Source: Pelagomonas calceolata (lineage: Eukaryota). From it: DNA of 64,000 nucleotides. The DNA is taken from assembly GCA_918797485.1 (NCBI GenBank), contig CAKKNE010000001.1, positions 5,270,001 through 5,334,000 on the forward strand, in the 5' to 3' direction. Within the stretch, counting starts at the first letter, position 1, and every line of letters starts with the position of its first letter. Below are positions 48,581-59,291 of the stretch, piece by piece. A program made the translations under genes and the position numbers. The notes beneath the pieces were generated by a model, which had not been told where the DNA came from, searched no databases, and worked only from the letters and a program-made list of their open reading frames with translations.

Positions 48581-51148
48581 TCAATGGGGCGCGTACGCCA
48601 CGTCCCGCCGCAACCGCACCAACGGCGCGACCCACGCCGCGTGGACGAGCACCGCTCCAATGACCTTCAACCTCCCAACACAAAGCCACGCCCGGAGCCG
48701 TCGCTTCAGGTCCGCGCGCACGTGCGCTCGAAAGTCGCCTTCGACGGTCGGGTTCCCGTCGATATCGCACGACGCCTCGTAGGCGAAGACGGCGTCGGTT
48801 AACAGGCGCCAATTCAACCGACAGAGCCCGTCCACAATCCAAGAACGAGATAGTTGGAGGACGAGGAAAATAACGAAGGCGGCGCCCAACCTCAAGATCG
48901 TCGCGTGGAGCCACCACTCGGCGCTGCAGGCGCAGTGTTGTGAAGCTGTCCGCAACACTTGGACCGAGGGGCCGCCGCAGGTGATGTCGCACATTGGAAG
49001 AGAGCCGCAGTCGAAAGGATTTGAATCGAGCGCCCACGTCTCATGGAGACACGCCGTATCATTCAACGGTTCGTCGACGCACGCGTTGAGTAATGCGAAG
49101 CGCGAGGCCGCTTCAGATTGCGCATCCACCAGAACGCGGAGCTGTTCCGCCTCGTCGTTGCGAACGCGGGCGTCCGCCGTCGATAGCGATGCGCAGGCCT
49201 CCGCGCGCCGCGCGTCGTAGGCGTCGAGGAACCTAGATTGAGCTGCGCGCCCGTCGGACGACGCCGCATTATATGAGACGGCGTACAAATTGCGCGCCAC
49301 GACGGTGCCGTTGTTCAGCGTACCATGACCGCGGACGCACGTCTCCGCGTAGGCCGAGAAGAGCGGGGCGTAGGCTCTAGCTGCCCCCACAAAGATGGCG
49401 GCGCCCACGGCGCCCGCCACCATCAAGGAAGGGTAGGGCGACGCCACGACCCACCCGACGGCGGCGTAGAAGCCCTTGTCTGAGCGAACGGACCGGACGC
49501 GCGCTTTTGGTAAGCGCACGGCCGACTTATCCAGAAACCGCTTGATCGTCCTCAAAGAAGACGCGACGCGCCAGGCGTAGTCCAGCAGGATAATGAGGGA
49601 CGCGGACCTTGCTATCTGAGCGAACGTGGCGCTGACGTCGACGTCGGTCTCGAGCGCGGCCCAGCCCAGCAAGCGGTCGCGGGCCGTCTCCATGAAAGTA
49701 GTGGTGGTCGTGGCGGTCGTATTACGCACAGACGATGTCGTGAGGAGGTCGACGTCGTAGTCGACGACACGAAGGCTCGCGTTCGCGAAGGCTTCGGCTT
49801 TCTCCGCGTATGCATCCGAGGCATTTTTCAGAGTGGGGGCGTCGAGGTAGTCGGTTATGGAAGGAGGGTCGTAGCCCGCGAAGGCCCGTTGCAGATCTTC
49901 TCGCAATTCCAATGAAGTCCGTTTCATGACAACGGCAGCATCGGCGTACAGCAGCGACACGTTCGCCAAGACATCATCATAGAAAGCCGATAAGGACGCA
50001 GGATACAGCTCGTCTGCCGACGGGAACGACAGTAGAGTCAGCCCGTCGGGCCACGCGCCCGGGTAGGCGTAAAAGTCCTCCAGTCCGACGCCGACCATCG
50101 CCCCGGGCGGGTCTATTTCAATGAAGTTGTTCGATTCCGCTTCCATGGCCGCGTCGTAGAACGCCGCCATTGCGTCGAACGCGTCCTCGACCCGCTGCTG
50201 GTACGCGTCGGCTTCACTCGAGAAGGCCGCGACGACGTCCGAGGCCATGGCGACCTGCAATTGTACACGAGACGCGTAGTCCCCGAAAGCGTCGCGCGCG
50301 TCCGGTTGTATTTTGCATGAGACGTTCGCGTCTATGGACAAACACGCCCTTATATCACCAAGGGCCGTGGCGACGCCCGGCCACGTCGTATTGGAGGGCA
50401 GCTTGAATTGTGACGAGGCGGCCTCGACACTTGCATAGACGCCGCGGATGTAAGTGGCGTCGTAGCGCGCGCGGTCCTCGGCATATCTTGTTAAAGCGTT
50501 CATAGTCGATGCGCTCTCCTGCGTGTTAACATCAAACAGTAACTCGGATGGACACTGGATAATGACCGTGGCGAAGGCCGCCGCGTCCTCGCTTCGAGCC
50601 GCGTGCGCCTCGAGGACGTCCGCGCCCGTCAGCTTCGAAGCGTCCGCGCACGTCGCCGTCCAGGCACTCTTATCAAGAGACGCCTCGAAGCTGGTAGAGG
50701 GGGCTTTGAAGGATGCAATTTTATATGAAGCATAGCCCGTCAGCGCGTTCGCGTGCGCCGCGCACGTGTCATAAATCTGTCGATATGTCGACAGCGTCGC
50801 CTCGTTCCTCATCTGTTTATCTTGGAGCGTCTTCTCAACATCCACGAGGACCTCGTCGTAGTGGCGGTCGCAATTCAACGCTTGCGCGTCGACGCATTCG
50901 ACGTAAACGGCTTCGGCGTGCGTCGTCGCGTCTTTTAAGGTAGAGCAGGTATCCCTCACGAGTGACGCGGGCGGCACGACCACGAAGGCGCCCGCGACAC
51001 TGATTGCGACCCTCAAGCTCGTCGCCCACGTCAGCGCGACGGCCGCGAGGGAGACGCCGAGGCGCCACGCGAGCGGCGGCCCTCTCGGCGTTGGTGTCTT
51101 GCCCTTGTCTTGGACGACCACGGGCAGCGCGGCGGCCGTGGCGTCCAT
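48581..51148 (-). CDS. Hypothetical multi-pass membrane protein with a large helical Cys-containing ectodomain
   Basis: ~855 aa from ATG 51148, with 4-5 hydrophobic segments and a Cys-rich loop (CGSLPMCDITCGGP...HCACSAEW). Confidence 0.75.
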   Translation of the reverse strand: MDATAAALPVVVQDKGKTPTPRGPPLAWRLGVSLAAVALTWATSLRVAISVAGAFVVVPPASLVRDTCSTLKDATTHAEAVYVECVDAQALNCDRHYDEVLVDVEKTLQDKQMRNEATLSTYRQIYDTCAAHANALTGYASYKIASFKAPSTSFEASLDKSAWTATCADASKLTGADVLEAHAARSEDAAAFATVIIQCPSELLFDVNTQESASTMNALTRYAEDRARYDATYIRGVYASVEAASSQFKLPSNTTWPGVATALGDIRACLSIDANVSCKIQPDARDAFGDYASRVQLQVAMASDVVAAFSSEADAYQQRVEDAFDAMAAFYDAAMEAESNNFIEIDPPGAMVGVGLEDFYAYPGAWPDGLTLLSFPSADELYPASLSAFYDDVLANVSLLYADAAVVMKRTSLELREDLQRAFAGYDPPSITDYLDAPTLKNASDAYAEKAEAFANASLRVVDYDVDLLTTSSVRNTTATTTTTFMETARDRLLGWAALETDVDVSATFAQIARSASLIILLDYAWRVASSLRTIKRFLDKSAVRLPKARVRSVRSDKGFYAAVGWVVASPYPSLMVAGAVGAAIFVGAARAYAPLFSAYAETCVRGHGTLNNGTVVARNLYAVSYNAASSDGRAAQSRFLDAYDARRAEACASLSTADARVRNDEAEQLRVLVDAQSEAASRFALLNACVDEPLNDTACLHETWALDSNPFDCGSLPMCDITCGGPSVQVLRTASQHCACSAEWWLHATILRLGAAFVIFLVLQLSRSWIVDGLCRLNWRLLTDAVFAYEASCDIDGNPTVEGDFRAHVRADLKRRLRAWLCVGRLKVIGAVLVHAAWVAPLVRLRRDVAYAPH

Positions 51149-51773
51149 GGGTGCTTTGGCGGCGTCTGGCTGTGGGCTGTGCCTAGCTGCTTTGGGGATT
51201 GGGGGGCCCGTTTCGAGGCGTCGTTGGGAGGTGCCGCGGCGGCGGCGTCGCAATGATGTTTACGTGTGGTGGGGCAGCACGCGGCGTCTTTATCAAGGTG
51301 TTTGCGGACGCTTTTAGGAAGGCCCAGCAGCCCCATCATCACAAGGTCGGGCCGGGGCCGGCCGCACTGCTCCCCGGCAGGCCTGCGCATCGCTCCGCGC
51401 GGTGCGGGCTGCCCGCCGGAGCCCTCCGCGGTCTACGAGCTACTAGCCCCACTAGCATCTCAGCGCCGGCCTGCCCGCCGCGCCGGATAAAGCCCGCAAA
51501 GCAGTCACGGTCTACTGCGAGTAAGCATTCGGAGCGTACCGCAATACCCCACAGCCGGGTGGAACCGCTGCCGCGAATCTCAGCTCCGCTCGGCACGCAA
51601 AAGGCATTGTGTTGGCCTCACCGGGCGCACAGCTGCCGTCGGACGCGTCAAGGGGCTGCCCCTGACTGGTGTGCCACGTCGAACGCCGTCGCGCCGTACG
51701 CCATCGCGCCTACGCCGTCGCGCCTTGCGCCGTAGAATCGTAGGGAAAAGACCCGCCACGGCCGCGGAGCGCC

Positions 51774-52838
51774 ATGGGCCTCCTCTCGGCCTTCTTCCGG
51801 CGGGACCCGCTGCTGGCGCACTACAAGATCGGACGACGACTCGGCAAGGGCACCTTCGCGACCGTGAAGGAGGCCACGGAGAAGACGGGCGACAAGAAGA
51901 AGTGGGCCGTGAAGATTATTGATAAGAGGGTATTGGCCCCGGAGGACGAGCAGGCTCTGACCAAAGAAGTCGAGATCATGAAGCAACTGGCGGAGCTCCA
52001 ACACCCGAATATTGTTTTTTTGAAGGAGGTGTGTCAGTCGGAAGGTACCTTTTATATCGTGCAGGAGCTATGTGCGGGCGGCGAGTTGTTCGACCGCATC
52101 GTCGAAAAAGAAAAATACAGCGAAAAGGACGCGCGCATAGCCATGAAGCAGATCGTGAGTGCGGTGGACGCGTGCCATGATCTGCGCATCGTGCATAGAG
52201 ACCTCAAACCCGAGAACTTACTGTACCAGGCAAAGACGGGCGAAAACAAGGATGTCATCAAGCTGGCCGACTTTGGCCTCGCGAACATGCTGAAGGCCGA
52301 CGAAGCGCTGGCTACGGCCTGCGGGACGCCGGGTTACGTCGCGCCGGAAGTGATCGCGCAGGTCGGCTACGACAAGGAAGTGGATATCTGGAGTCTGGGG
52401 GTGATCATGTACATCTTACTATGTGGTTTTCCTCCTTTTTATTCGGAAAATAATCCGCAACTCTTCAGAATGATCCAGCGGTGCCAGTATACCTTTACGC
52501 GGCCGTACTGGGATCAGGTGTCGGATCAAGCGAAGGACCTCATTCGATCAATGCTCGTAGTAGATCCGAAGAAGCGAGCCACGTGTAAACAAATTCTCGA
52601 GGACCCCTGGATGACCGTCGACGAGCCCCAGAAGAAGCCCGAGTTGGAGGGCTTCCAGAAGAACATGCGGGTCTATAACGCGAAGCGCAAGTTCAAGGCC
52701 GGCGTCATGGCCTTAGCTGCGATATCGGCCATGCAGCGCGGCGCCGCGGCGACGAAGGCTGCCAATAAATTGAAGGAGCGCGTGTCCAAGGGCGACGTCG
52801 ACGAATCGGAGGCGCCGGCGCCAGCACCTGAGGGTTAA
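51774..52838 (+). CDS. Ca2+/calmodulin-dependent protein kinase (CAMK1-like)
   Basis: LGKGTFATV, GGELFDRIV, HRDLKPENLL, DFG, TACGTPGYVAPE and YILLCGFPPF; CaM-binding-like NAKRKFKAG. Confidence 0.95.
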   Translation: MGLLSAFFRRDPLLAHYKIGRRLGKGTFATVKEATEKTGDKKKWAVKIIDKRVLAPEDEQALTKEVEIMKQLAELQHPNIVFLKEVCQSEGTFYIVQELCAGGELFDRIVEKEKYSEKDARIAMKQIVSAVDACHDLRIVHRDLKPENLLYQAKTGENKDVIKLADFGLANMLKADEALATACGTPGYVAPEVIAQVGYDKEVDIWSLGVIMYILLCGFPPFYSENNPQLFRMIQRCQYTFTRPYWDQVSDQAKDLIRSMLVVDPKKRATCKQILEDPWMTVDEPQKKPELEGFQKNMRVYNAKRKFKAGVMALAAISAMQRGAAATKAANKLKERVSKGDVDESEAPAPAPEG

Positions 52839-52899
52839 AGTCAACTAATTAATTCATAACCTAAGGATAGCGCGAGCGGCACGAGGCGGGAGTTGTTGT

Positions 52900-55288
52900 T
52901 CATGGATCGCCGCAGCCGGCGCGTTTCCCGCCGAGCGCGCAGAAGAGGAAGTCCTGGTACAAGGCGACGACGTAGGCGCTCTGTTTGGCGTCGGCCGCGC
53001 CGCCGTGGCCGCCCTCGATGTTTTCATAATAATAAACGTCCGGCACGCCCAGCTCCTGGAGGCGCTTCACGAAGGACCGCGCGTGGTACGGGTGCACGCG
53101 GTCGTCCTTGGTGGAGGTCGTCATTAATAGTTTCGGGAAGGGCGCCTTTGCTTTATCGATGTTGTGGTACGCGGAGTTGTGTTTCAGGTAGCTCCAGTCG
53201 TCCGTGTCGGGGTCGCCGTACTCCGCGCGCCACGACGCGCCGGCCAGCAGGTGCGAGTAGCGCTTCATATCCAGCAAAGGCACGGCACAGACCACCGCGC
53301 CGACCAGTTCGGGTCGTTGCACATAGAAATTTCCCACCAGCAGCCCGCCGTTCGACCCGCCCCTAATACCCAAACTCTCATGCTGCGCGACGCCCGTTTT
53401 CACCAAGTCTTCGGCGACCGCTGCCAGGTCCTCGACGCAGACGTGGCGTTTCTCCTTTTTCGCGGCCTGGTGCCTGCGTCGGGCGCCGCGTCGATGGCGT
53501 CGCTCGCTCCGAAGGGTCGGACGCCGCAAATGACCACGTCGGGCCGAATTCCCCTCCGCCGCGAATGTTCGCGACCACATAAGTGGCCCCCCGCTCGAGC
53601 CAGCCCGCGCCGATCGTCGCGGCATAACCGGGCGTCTGCGAGATCTCGAAGCCACCATATGCATACAACAGACAAGGAGCATGCGCCGGCGCGCCCTTCG
53701 TCCGGATCACGAAGTAGGGGATCGTCGTGCCGTCCTTGCTCGTCGCCTTCGATTGAAAAGCCTCCATGCCGCTCGAGTCGAAGAAGGCCGGCAGGGCCTT
53801 GAGGAACTCGGCCCGCTCGAGACCGGCGGCGCCCTGCGTGGCGTCCCCCAGTTTCAGAGTGCTCGGCTCGAGGAAGGTAGACGTGCGCAGGAAGTAGTCG
53901 TTCGAGTCGTCGGCATCGACAGCCGAGCACGATATGCCGCGGATCGCGGGTGTTTTCTCGCTGCCTCTGTCTTCAAAGGTCTCCGCATCTAGAAAAATCA
54001 GGCGCGACTGGACGTTGTCCAAGACCTTGAGGATGAGCCGGTCCTTGGTCGTCGACACGGACGCTAGAGATGTTGTCGGCGTCGGCTCGAACAAGGCACG
54101 GCATTTTGCGCCTTTGAGCCCATTGTTGACGACGTCGTCATACTGCACGGCCAGGTACGAGCCCGCCGCGTACGTCCGGCCGCCGACGTCGATCGGGCTT
54201 CGCGGGTCGATCAATAACCAGCTACCGGTATGCGACACCGACGCGTCGTCGGGGAAGCCCAATTCATCCAACGCGCGCCACGTCTCATTACCATCGTAGC
54301 GCCGCAGCCACCTTTTGGAGGTATAGAACGACGTCGTGCGGTAGCGCCACTCGAACGCGTGGCCGCGGCTCCGCGACACGTAGGCGCCGACGCTGACGTC
54401 GCCATCTTCTCCTTCGAACACTATAGGTGCTTCGGCGGGATCCAAGCCGCGCTTCCACGCCCTCACGCGCCGCGGGTAGCCGCTCGACGTCATGTCGCCC
54501 TCCTGGCCGAGGTCCGCACCGAGAAAAATAGTATCTTTATCAACCCACGAGCAGCGGCTTTTGGAAGGGTCGTCGAGGCGGAACGCTTTGTCGTTGACGA
54601 AGCGCTTCGTCACTAAATCGAACTCGCGTCTTACAATAGCGTCGGAGCCGCCCGGCGAGAGCGAGATTAATGTTCGTGTCACGCTGCCTTTAATGGGTCT
54701 ATTCTGCTCGTCGTACTCGCGGCACGACGCCGAGCCCTTGTAGACCCACGACTCGCCTTCGTCCTTGCCGAGCTGGTCCACGTCCAACACCACCTCCCAG
54801 GCCGGCTCCTTCTTCCGGAATTCGTCCAACGACGCGACGCGCCGCAACAGACCGCGGGGGTTCTCGGCCGACGTCCAGAAGTTGTAGTAGTGCTCGCCGA
54901 TCTTCGAGACGCTCGGAATCTTCTCCTTCGACTCCAAGACGCTCAGGATCTTCTTGTAGGTCGGCGACGCCGTCGGGTCGCCGAGCGCGTCCTCGGTCTT
55001 TGCGTTTTCCTGCTTCGCGAAGGCGAGGGCCCGCTCGCCCTGGACTTCCTCGAGCCACGCGTGCTCGCCCTGCTTCGCCTCCCACTGGTCGATGACGTCG
55101 CAGGAGGCGACGCCGGTCGCCGTGGCTGCTACTACCACGGCCGCGGCCGCGGCGCGGCTGCTAGTGGTGGTGTGCTGCCGTCGTTGCGTGGACGTGAATG
55201 CGGGTTGCCGCGCGGCGCCGGCGCGGAGGGCGGTTGCACAATGTGTGCGCCCGAGCAGCGCCGCCGCGGCGATCCTGCGTGCTGCCAT
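52900..55288 (-). CDS. Prolyl oligopeptidase, family S9A (exons 55288-53535, 53473-52900)
   Basis: LYAYGGF, spliced NIRGGGEFGPTW-HQAA, GGSNGGLL (Ser), DDRVHP (Asp) and GGHG (His); N-terminal targeting-like leader. Confidence 0.95.
53474..53534 (-). other. Predicted intron (61 bp, GT..AG), minimal introner-family member
   Basis: Sense GTCATTTGCGGCGTCC...ACGCCATCGACGCG...CGACGCAG. Splicing restores TG|G (Trp) of the conserved WHQA. Confidence 0.92.
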
Positions 55289-55469
55289 TTAGCTGACGAG
55301 GCTTGTAATTTATGCGATTCGCTGCGGTATCAGGAGCGCGACGGTGCAAAGGGCTCCGAGCACCGCTTTGGATCTAATTCGTTATCTCTTTGTCCAAGAG
55401 CGCCGGCCAAACCCAGCGCAAAAAACGCGACTAGTGCCCTTACGCTATCGACGCGTTGCTCTATGGTCC

Positions 55470-56711
55470 TTAACTTTCGGCGTTCCGCGGCGCCCCCGCC
55501 TCGAAGACGATGCCCTGGTCCGGCGCGAACCGATCCAAGTACCCCTGGATCCAGGCGACCTTGGCGGTCGTCCCGTCGGCATGCGGCTCGATCGCGAACG
55601 CGGGCTTGCCGTTCTCCGGGTCCGCGAAGGCCGCGTCGAAGTTCGGTCCGACGGTGATGCCCTCGCCGCCGCCCGTCTCGGCCACGCACCGCGCCGACCG
55701 CTCCGTCGGCAGCGGGGCCTCTTCGCCGCGCACTAGAGCTGCCAGGCGTTTTCCGAGGGCCAAACCACCCTTGTACGCAAACTCGCCCGCTTTCGGGATG
55801 GGCACGCCGGCCGAGGGAATCAGCGCGGCGCACGCGTCGCCGACGCAGTAGACGCCGTCCTTCCCCGCGACGGCGTTCGTCCGCAGGTCGACCGGCACGG
55901 AACCCTTGGCCTTGGCCAGGTCCTTCACAAAGTCCGGCGCGCGGTGCGGGAACGTCGCCAGCACCAGGTCGGCGACGAGGTCCTCCTTACTGGTCGACAC
56001 GCACTTGCGGCCGTCCTGCTCATCAACCGAAACCACTTGCGTGTCCGGGAGGTACGTGATATTCTTCGAAGCCATCGCTTCGGTAAACGCTTTTTTAGCC
56101 TTGGGCCCGCCGAAGGGCCACGGCACCGGCGACGTGACCGTGATGGCGACGGCGTCGCGCACGCCCTTGCCCCGCCGTTTTGCTGCGTCGTCGATGAGGC
56201 AAGCCACCTCGAAGGGCAGCGGCGGGCACTTGTAGGGGCACTTTGTGATACTAATGACCACTCTTCGAGTCTTGCCGCCGGCTTCGACGGCGTCGAGGAA
56301 TTTCTCAATATCGTTCGCGAAGTCCTTCTTGGCCGTCAGGTCCACACAATGGTCCTCCAAGCCCGGGATGGGGCTCGGGTCCGACACCGCGCCGCACGCG
56401 AGGACGAGGTGGTCGTACGGTAACACTCCAAACTGCAGATTGACGTGCTTCGCCGCGTAGTCGACCGACTGGACCGTGCCCTTGCGCAGGAACTTCGCGG
56501 CGGACGTCTTGGAGAGCGGCACTTCCATTGGTTTCGCGCGGCCGTCGAGCCCAAACTGCCACGTCGCGCCTACACTCAGTGTGTCGCGCGCGTCGATGCA
56601 CGTGACGACGGTGTTGGGCGGCGTCTCCGCACCGAGCGCCTCGCAGACGCCCTGGCCGGCCCAGCCGGCGCCCACAACTATTATATTGTGTGTTTTGGGG
56701 ATGCTGGTCAT
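55470..56711 (-). CDS. FAD-dependent oxidoreductase, sulfide:quinone oxidoreductase (SQR)/FCSD-like
   Basis: IVVGAGWAG, YDHLVLACG, YKCPPLPFE, VYCVGD, IPKAGEFA and RCVAETGGG. Confidence 0.8.
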   Translation of the reverse strand: MTSIPKTHNIIVVGAGWAGQGVCEALGAETPPNTVVTCIDARDTLSVGATWQFGLDGRAKPMEVPLSKTSAAKFLRKGTVQSVDYAAKHVNLQFGVLPYDHLVLACGAVSDPSPIPGLEDHCVDLTAKKDFANDIEKFLDAVEAGGKTRRVVISITKCPYKCPPLPFEVACLIDDAAKRRGKGVRDAVAITVTSPVPWPFGGPKAKKAFTEAMASKNITYLPDTQVVSVDEQDGRKCVSTSKEDLVADLVLATFPHRAPDFVKDLAKAKGSVPVDLRTNAVAGKDGVYCVGDACAALIPSAGVPIPKAGEFAYKGGLALGKRLAALVRGEEAPLPTERSARCVAETGGGEGITVGPNFDAAFADPENGKPAFAIEPHADGTTAKVAWIQGYLDRFAPDQGIVFEAGAPRNAES

Positions 56712-56972
56712 TATTACTGCTTGCACGACGGTGTGCGGTGTGCGTTATGGATTCTGGCGGCCAACGCACTGGTTGCGCGAGAGATTTGCTACGGAGAGCT
56801 ACGGAGAGCTTGGAGAGCTGTGTGCTGGAGAAGAGCTTTTTAGAGTATACTGGACTACGATCGCTGCAGCGATGCTTAGTCGTGGTCCTTGTCGCCCGCT
56901 CGACAGCCTCTCAATGAGCAATGTCGCTGCGTGTGGCGAGCCTGGCGCTGCTGCAGCGCTCGGCCCAGGCTT

Positions 56973-56996
56973 GCTAGCGCCTTACAGGCCGCTAGG
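56973..56996 (-). promoter_or_regulatory. CTAG-element copy
   Basis: Reverse strand reads CCTAGCGGCCTGTAAGGCGCTAGC, upstream of the SQR-like gene. Confidence 0.72.
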
Positions 56997-57088
56997 TAAA
57001 AACGAAGCATGCGGCGTCGACGCGCGCCGTACCAGCATCAGGCGGTCGACGACTACGCCTAGAAAAAAAACGACACTCAAAGTTATAG

Positions 57089-57463
57089 CTAGCAGCCGCG
57101 CCCGAGCAGCTCGCACAGGTCCTCGCGCTGCTCGGCTTTGCTCTTCTTCTTCTCCTGCCGCTGCTTCTGTTGCTCCGCGGCCAAGCGCTGCGCCGCCGTC
57201 TGGCGCTCGCCGCCTCGAGATCCCGCGTTCTGCGCCGCGAGCTTGCGCGCGATGCGCGCCGCCTCGATCTCCTCCTGCGACGGTGGCGCCAGGTCCTCCA
57301 CGTCGGCGGCGAGCGCTGGCGCACTGACGAGGGCGAGCGCCGCGGGCAGTCGTTGCAGCAATGCGCGGCGTGGGGACGCCTCAAGCACAGCAGTGCGTGT
57401 CTGCCGCGGTGCAAGCGCGCTCGCGCAAGCGATAAGCGCTGCGGCGATGGCGGTTCTCATCAT
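57089..57463 (-). CDS. Small plastid (probably thylakoid-lumen) protein
   Basis: Signal MMRTAIAAALIACASA|LAP, twin-arginine-like RRALL...APALA, and C-terminal LCELLGRGC. Confidence 0.7.
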   Translation of the reverse strand: MMRTAIAAALIACASALAPRQTRTAVLEASPRRALLQRLPAALALVSAPALAADVEDLAPPSQEEIEAARIARKLAAQNAGSRGGERQTAAQRLAAEQQKQRQEKKKSKAEQREDLCELLGRGC

Positions 57464-58005
57464 TGTCGATGATATTTGCTGATAATTAGCTGCAGCAGCA
57501 ATGGCACACAGGCTGAGCTGGGCCGCTCGAGTCGATCGACAGCTCTGCCAAGCTCGGGTTTTGTAGGCATCCAAAAACAGCGCCGGACTGATTTACAGCC
57601 CTTGGAAGGCAGTGCTGGAGAGCTTTGACGGCGTTCTTCGACCCCTCCCTCTCTCCCCTCTAGACTTTTGCCAGACGCCGGTAGCAAAAAAGCAGCCGCT
57701 GCGCACGGCCTTCCGCCCCTTTTACCGGTGCGCCCGCAGCGTCTGGTGGCAAGTCGTCGACACTTTCTCGCCGGACGCCGCGCGCTGCGCGCCCTGGACG
57801 CGTGCGAGCGAGAAATTTGGCAAACAACGATATCGCAGTTCAGGGCCAAAGCGCGCCGCATCAGTCGCCGCGTCCGGCCCGCGCCGCTCCTACGCGGTCC
57901 CACAGCCCTCATTGCCCCACGGAAGCCCCGGCCAATCGTGCGCGCGCGCGCAGGCCCCAAAATTGTTGTACCGATCGCACCGCTCCTCTGTGACCCCCCA
58001 AAAAG

Positions 58006-59291
58006 ATGACGTCGATGCTCAGCAAGTTCACCGCCATCGGCGGCCTGTCCGGCAACGACGCGGCGCGCAACCAGAACGACATGCAGGGCCTCGCCGCGCT
58101 CTCGAGCTCGACGCCGCACCGACCGGCGCGGAAACCAACGTCGCACCCGCATCGCATCACGCTTCAATCCACGCACAGGCACCAGCTCGGCAAGACCAAG
58201 GCCATGACCTCGGCGAGCCGCTTCGGCTCGGCGCAGCGCGTGCCCGTCGCGGCGCGGAGCCCCGGCGGCAAGGAGGCCTTGAAGCCCCTCGACGAGGACT
58301 CCGAGATGCACGAGGCCGACGCGCCGCCTCCCTCGAACCGCGCGGGCCCGCACAACGCCTGCGACATGACGCTCGACGACTTCGAAGTGGGCCGCCCGCT
58401 CGGCAACGGCAAGTTCGGCCGCGTCTACCTCGCGCGCACGAAGCGCGACAAGTACATCGTCGCGCTGAAAGTCCTGCGCAAGTCGCAGCTCGAGAAGAAC
58501 GGCGTCGAGCACCAATTGAGACGCGAGATCGAGATCCAGACGCACCTCGTGCACAAGAACATCCTGCGCGCGTGCGCGGCGTCCCTTCCCTTCGACGTGC
58601 GCTGTGCGACGCGTCGCGGCGACGGAGTGAGGGAGTGTGCGACGCGTCGCGGCGACGCCGTGAGGGAGGACGCGACGACGCGGCCCACGCAGGCATGTAC
58701 GGCTACTTCTGGGACGAGAAGCGCATCTATCTGATCCTCGAGTACGCCCCCGGCGGCGAGCTCTACAAGCGCCTCACGGCGAAAGGAAGGTTCAGCGAAC
58801 AGGAGACGGCGCGCTACGTTCTCGAGATGGCTAGGGCTCTAGGCTACTGCCACCAGAAGCATGTTATTCATCGCGACATCAAGCCCGAGAACCTCCTCTT
58901 GGGATTGAACGGCGAGCTGAAGATCGCGGACTTCGGCTGGTCCGTGCACGCGCCGTCGCTGCGAAGGGAGACGTTCTGCGGCACGTTGGATTATCTGCCG
59001 CCGGAGATGGTCGAGGTGCGCGGCTACGACGAGAAGGTGGACTTGTGGTCGCTCGGCGTGCTGTGCTACGAGTTCTTGGTAGGGGAGCCGCCCTTCGACG
59101 CGCCGGGCAAGAAGGCGACGTTCAAGCGCATTTCTCGGGTCGACCTGAACTTCCCGGCCTACGTGTCCGCCGGCGCGCGCGATTTGATCACGAGATTGCT
59201 GGCCAAGGACCCGAAGACTCGTTTGAGCTTGTCGGAAGTGGAGCGGCACCCGTGGATCGTGCGCAAGACGAACCCGGACCCGGTCCCCTAG
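58006..59291 (+). CDS. Aurora kinase (exons 58006-58567, 58693-59291)
   Basis: [32 protein letters not shown], spliced [36 protein letters not shown] and D-box-like ARDLITRLL. Confidence 0.96.
58568..58692 (+). other. Predicted GC-AG intron (125 bp) with an internal 33-bp tandem duplication
   Basis: Only C|GCGCGT...CCCACGCAG|GC restores NILRMYGY. Repeat units start at 58603 and 58636. Confidence 0.88.

Noticed and set aside
48581..51148. Possible PRM1/DC-STAMP-like membrane-fusion protein
   Set aside because: Only the topology is reminiscent and no diagnostic motif was recognised, so it is left as hypothetical.
51432..51458. CTACGAGCTACTAGCCCCACTAGC as another CTAG element
   Set aside because: It is in a divergent spacer, but only the right-hand CACTAGC matches the consensus; too degenerate to call.
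58083..58178. Possible additional in-frame intron in the Aurora N-terminus (acceptor-like CCACGCACAG at 58178)
   Set aside because: The frame is open without it and no convincing donor or CGGCGTCC box is present. It cannot be decided without cDNA.
57612..59291. 559-aa ORF as the full Aurora protein, or a programmed frameshift
   Set aside because: The kinase N-lobe is in another frame (58006..) and a 125-bp GC-AG intron explains the join. The same applies to apparent frameshifts in the TPT, POP, fibrillin-like and J-domain genes.
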